In this document: in pieces, positions 63,154-64,000 of the stretch
Position numbering within the stretch: position 1 is the stretch's first letter
Layout: every line of letters begins with the position of its first letter
Assembly: GCA_049643885.1 (NCBI GenBank)
Contig: JBARQV010000006.1
Coordinates: 19,234-83,233 of the forward strand
Length of the DNA stretch: 64,000 bases
Direction of reading: 5' to 3'
From: Candidatus Omnitrophota bacterium
Lineage (GTDB): Bacteria > Omnitrophota > Gorgyraeia > Tantalellales > Tantalellaceae
The notes under the pieces: generated by a model
Told to the model about the DNA's origin: nothing
Database searches by the model: none
Seen by the model: only the letters and a program-made list of their open reading frames with translations
Translations under genes and position numbers: made by a program

Positions 63154-64000
63154 GAATTTCAGAAAAACCGCGACTTTTTCAATGATCCTCATGGGTGTCA
63201 CCGCCATGGCTTCCCAGATCGTCTTCATGCGGGAGTTCCTGGTGGTGTTTTACGGTAACGAGATATCCATCGGGATAATCCTCGCGAGCTGGCTCGTGTG
63301 GGGGGCTTTCGGTAGCTGGTTTCTCGGGCGTTTTTCGGACCGTGTTACCGCGAAGGTCAGGCTTTTCTCCCTTTGCCAGCTAAGTCTGGCCTTTATCCTT
63401 CCGGCGACACTTTTTGCCATCCGGAGCTCCAAGTCGGTCATGGACATAGCCACGGGAGAGATCGTCGGTTATTACCCCATGGCCCTGGCGACATTTGTCA
63501 TACTTTCCCTGTCCTGCATGGTGATGGGTTTCATGTTCAGCCTCGGCTGCCGCGTTTACAAAGGCGTTACCGGTATCCCCGCGGAACAAGTGGCACGGGT
63601 CTATGTCCTGGAGGCAGTGGGAGCTTTGACCGGCGGTTTTCTCGTAAGCTATTTTCTTGTGCGGTATATGGTCCCGTTCGGGATAATTTTTTCATTATCT
63701 TTCCTTAACATCCTGGGCGCCCTTGCCATGCAGGTGCATTCCGAGCCGCACAGGGCAAAGCCGGTGCTTTTCGGGATAACCGCTGCTGTTCTTCTTTTGG
63801 GGCTGGCCGCATTATCAGCCGGGGGAGTAAGCAAGGTCAGGGCGGCCTCCCTGGACCGCCTCTGGGCCGGCTATGATGTCCTTGAGTCAAAAGATTCGTT
63901 GTACGGCAATATCACCGTTACCCGCAGTGAAGACCAGCGTTCATTTTACGACAGCGGTCTGCATCTCTATACGGTTCCTGATAAGTTGTCGGCGGAGGAA
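63154..64000 (+). CDS. membrane-anchored spermidine-synthase-like aminopropyltransferase; 3' end outside the window
   Basis: Multi-TM N-terminus, then ...KDSLYGNITVT...SFYDSGLHLYTVPD, resembling the spermidine synthase N-terminal tetramerisation/beta region. Open to the window edge. Confidence 0.5.

Overview
This is a 64-kb bacterial chromosomal segment, gene-dense and almost entirely on the + strand, with roughly 45-52% GC apart from one AT-richer block. The core is housekeeping: ribD/ribE, xerD, a DUF503-rbfA-DHH-truB-ribF-rpsO-pnp-dut-uppP-ftsK-rodZ-rimO-pgsA-pgpA run, uvrA, a TPR-ExbB-ExbD-TonB cluster, rsmE-mtaB-cvpA, dnaG-rpoD, dtd, a PFK, rnhA, and rnpB (RNase P RNA). Five tRNAs are present: Pro-CGG, Ala-CGC, Met-CAU, Val-CAC. 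Accessory or unusual content:
1. A fused MEMO1-AMMECR1 gene (AmmeMemoRadiSam B-A) sits next to a desulforedoxin, an FMN-binding lipoprotein and a small membrane protein. Its radical-SAM partner lies about 21 kb away, behind an ArsR-FeoAB module. The MEMO1-AMMECR1 fusion has a Sec-like N-terminus and the radical SAM a Tat-like one.
2. At least three families of structured intergenic repeats (F1, F2, F3) occur as direct repeats bracketing exactly these two modules.
3. The last 21 nt of tRNA-Pro are duplicated about 180 bp downstream of the gene (an att-like remnant).
4. An AT-rich block at 20.0-29.3 kb carries an excisionase-like HTH, an acyl-reductase-like SDR, a GMC-like flavoprotein, two paralogous 7TM histidine kinases with receivers, an HD-GYP protein and an XRE-cupin regulator.
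5. Several tight small-gene operons: a membrane zinc-ribbon / wHTH / unknown / HDAC operon, and an AbrB-like protein plus small basic ORF behind a perfect palindromic operator.
6. A perfect ArsR-type operator lies upstream of arsR-feoAB.
7. A lysine-rich micro-ORF with its own terminator.
No CRISPR array, rRNA or transposase was found. Coordinates derived by hand-counting are +/-1-2 nt.
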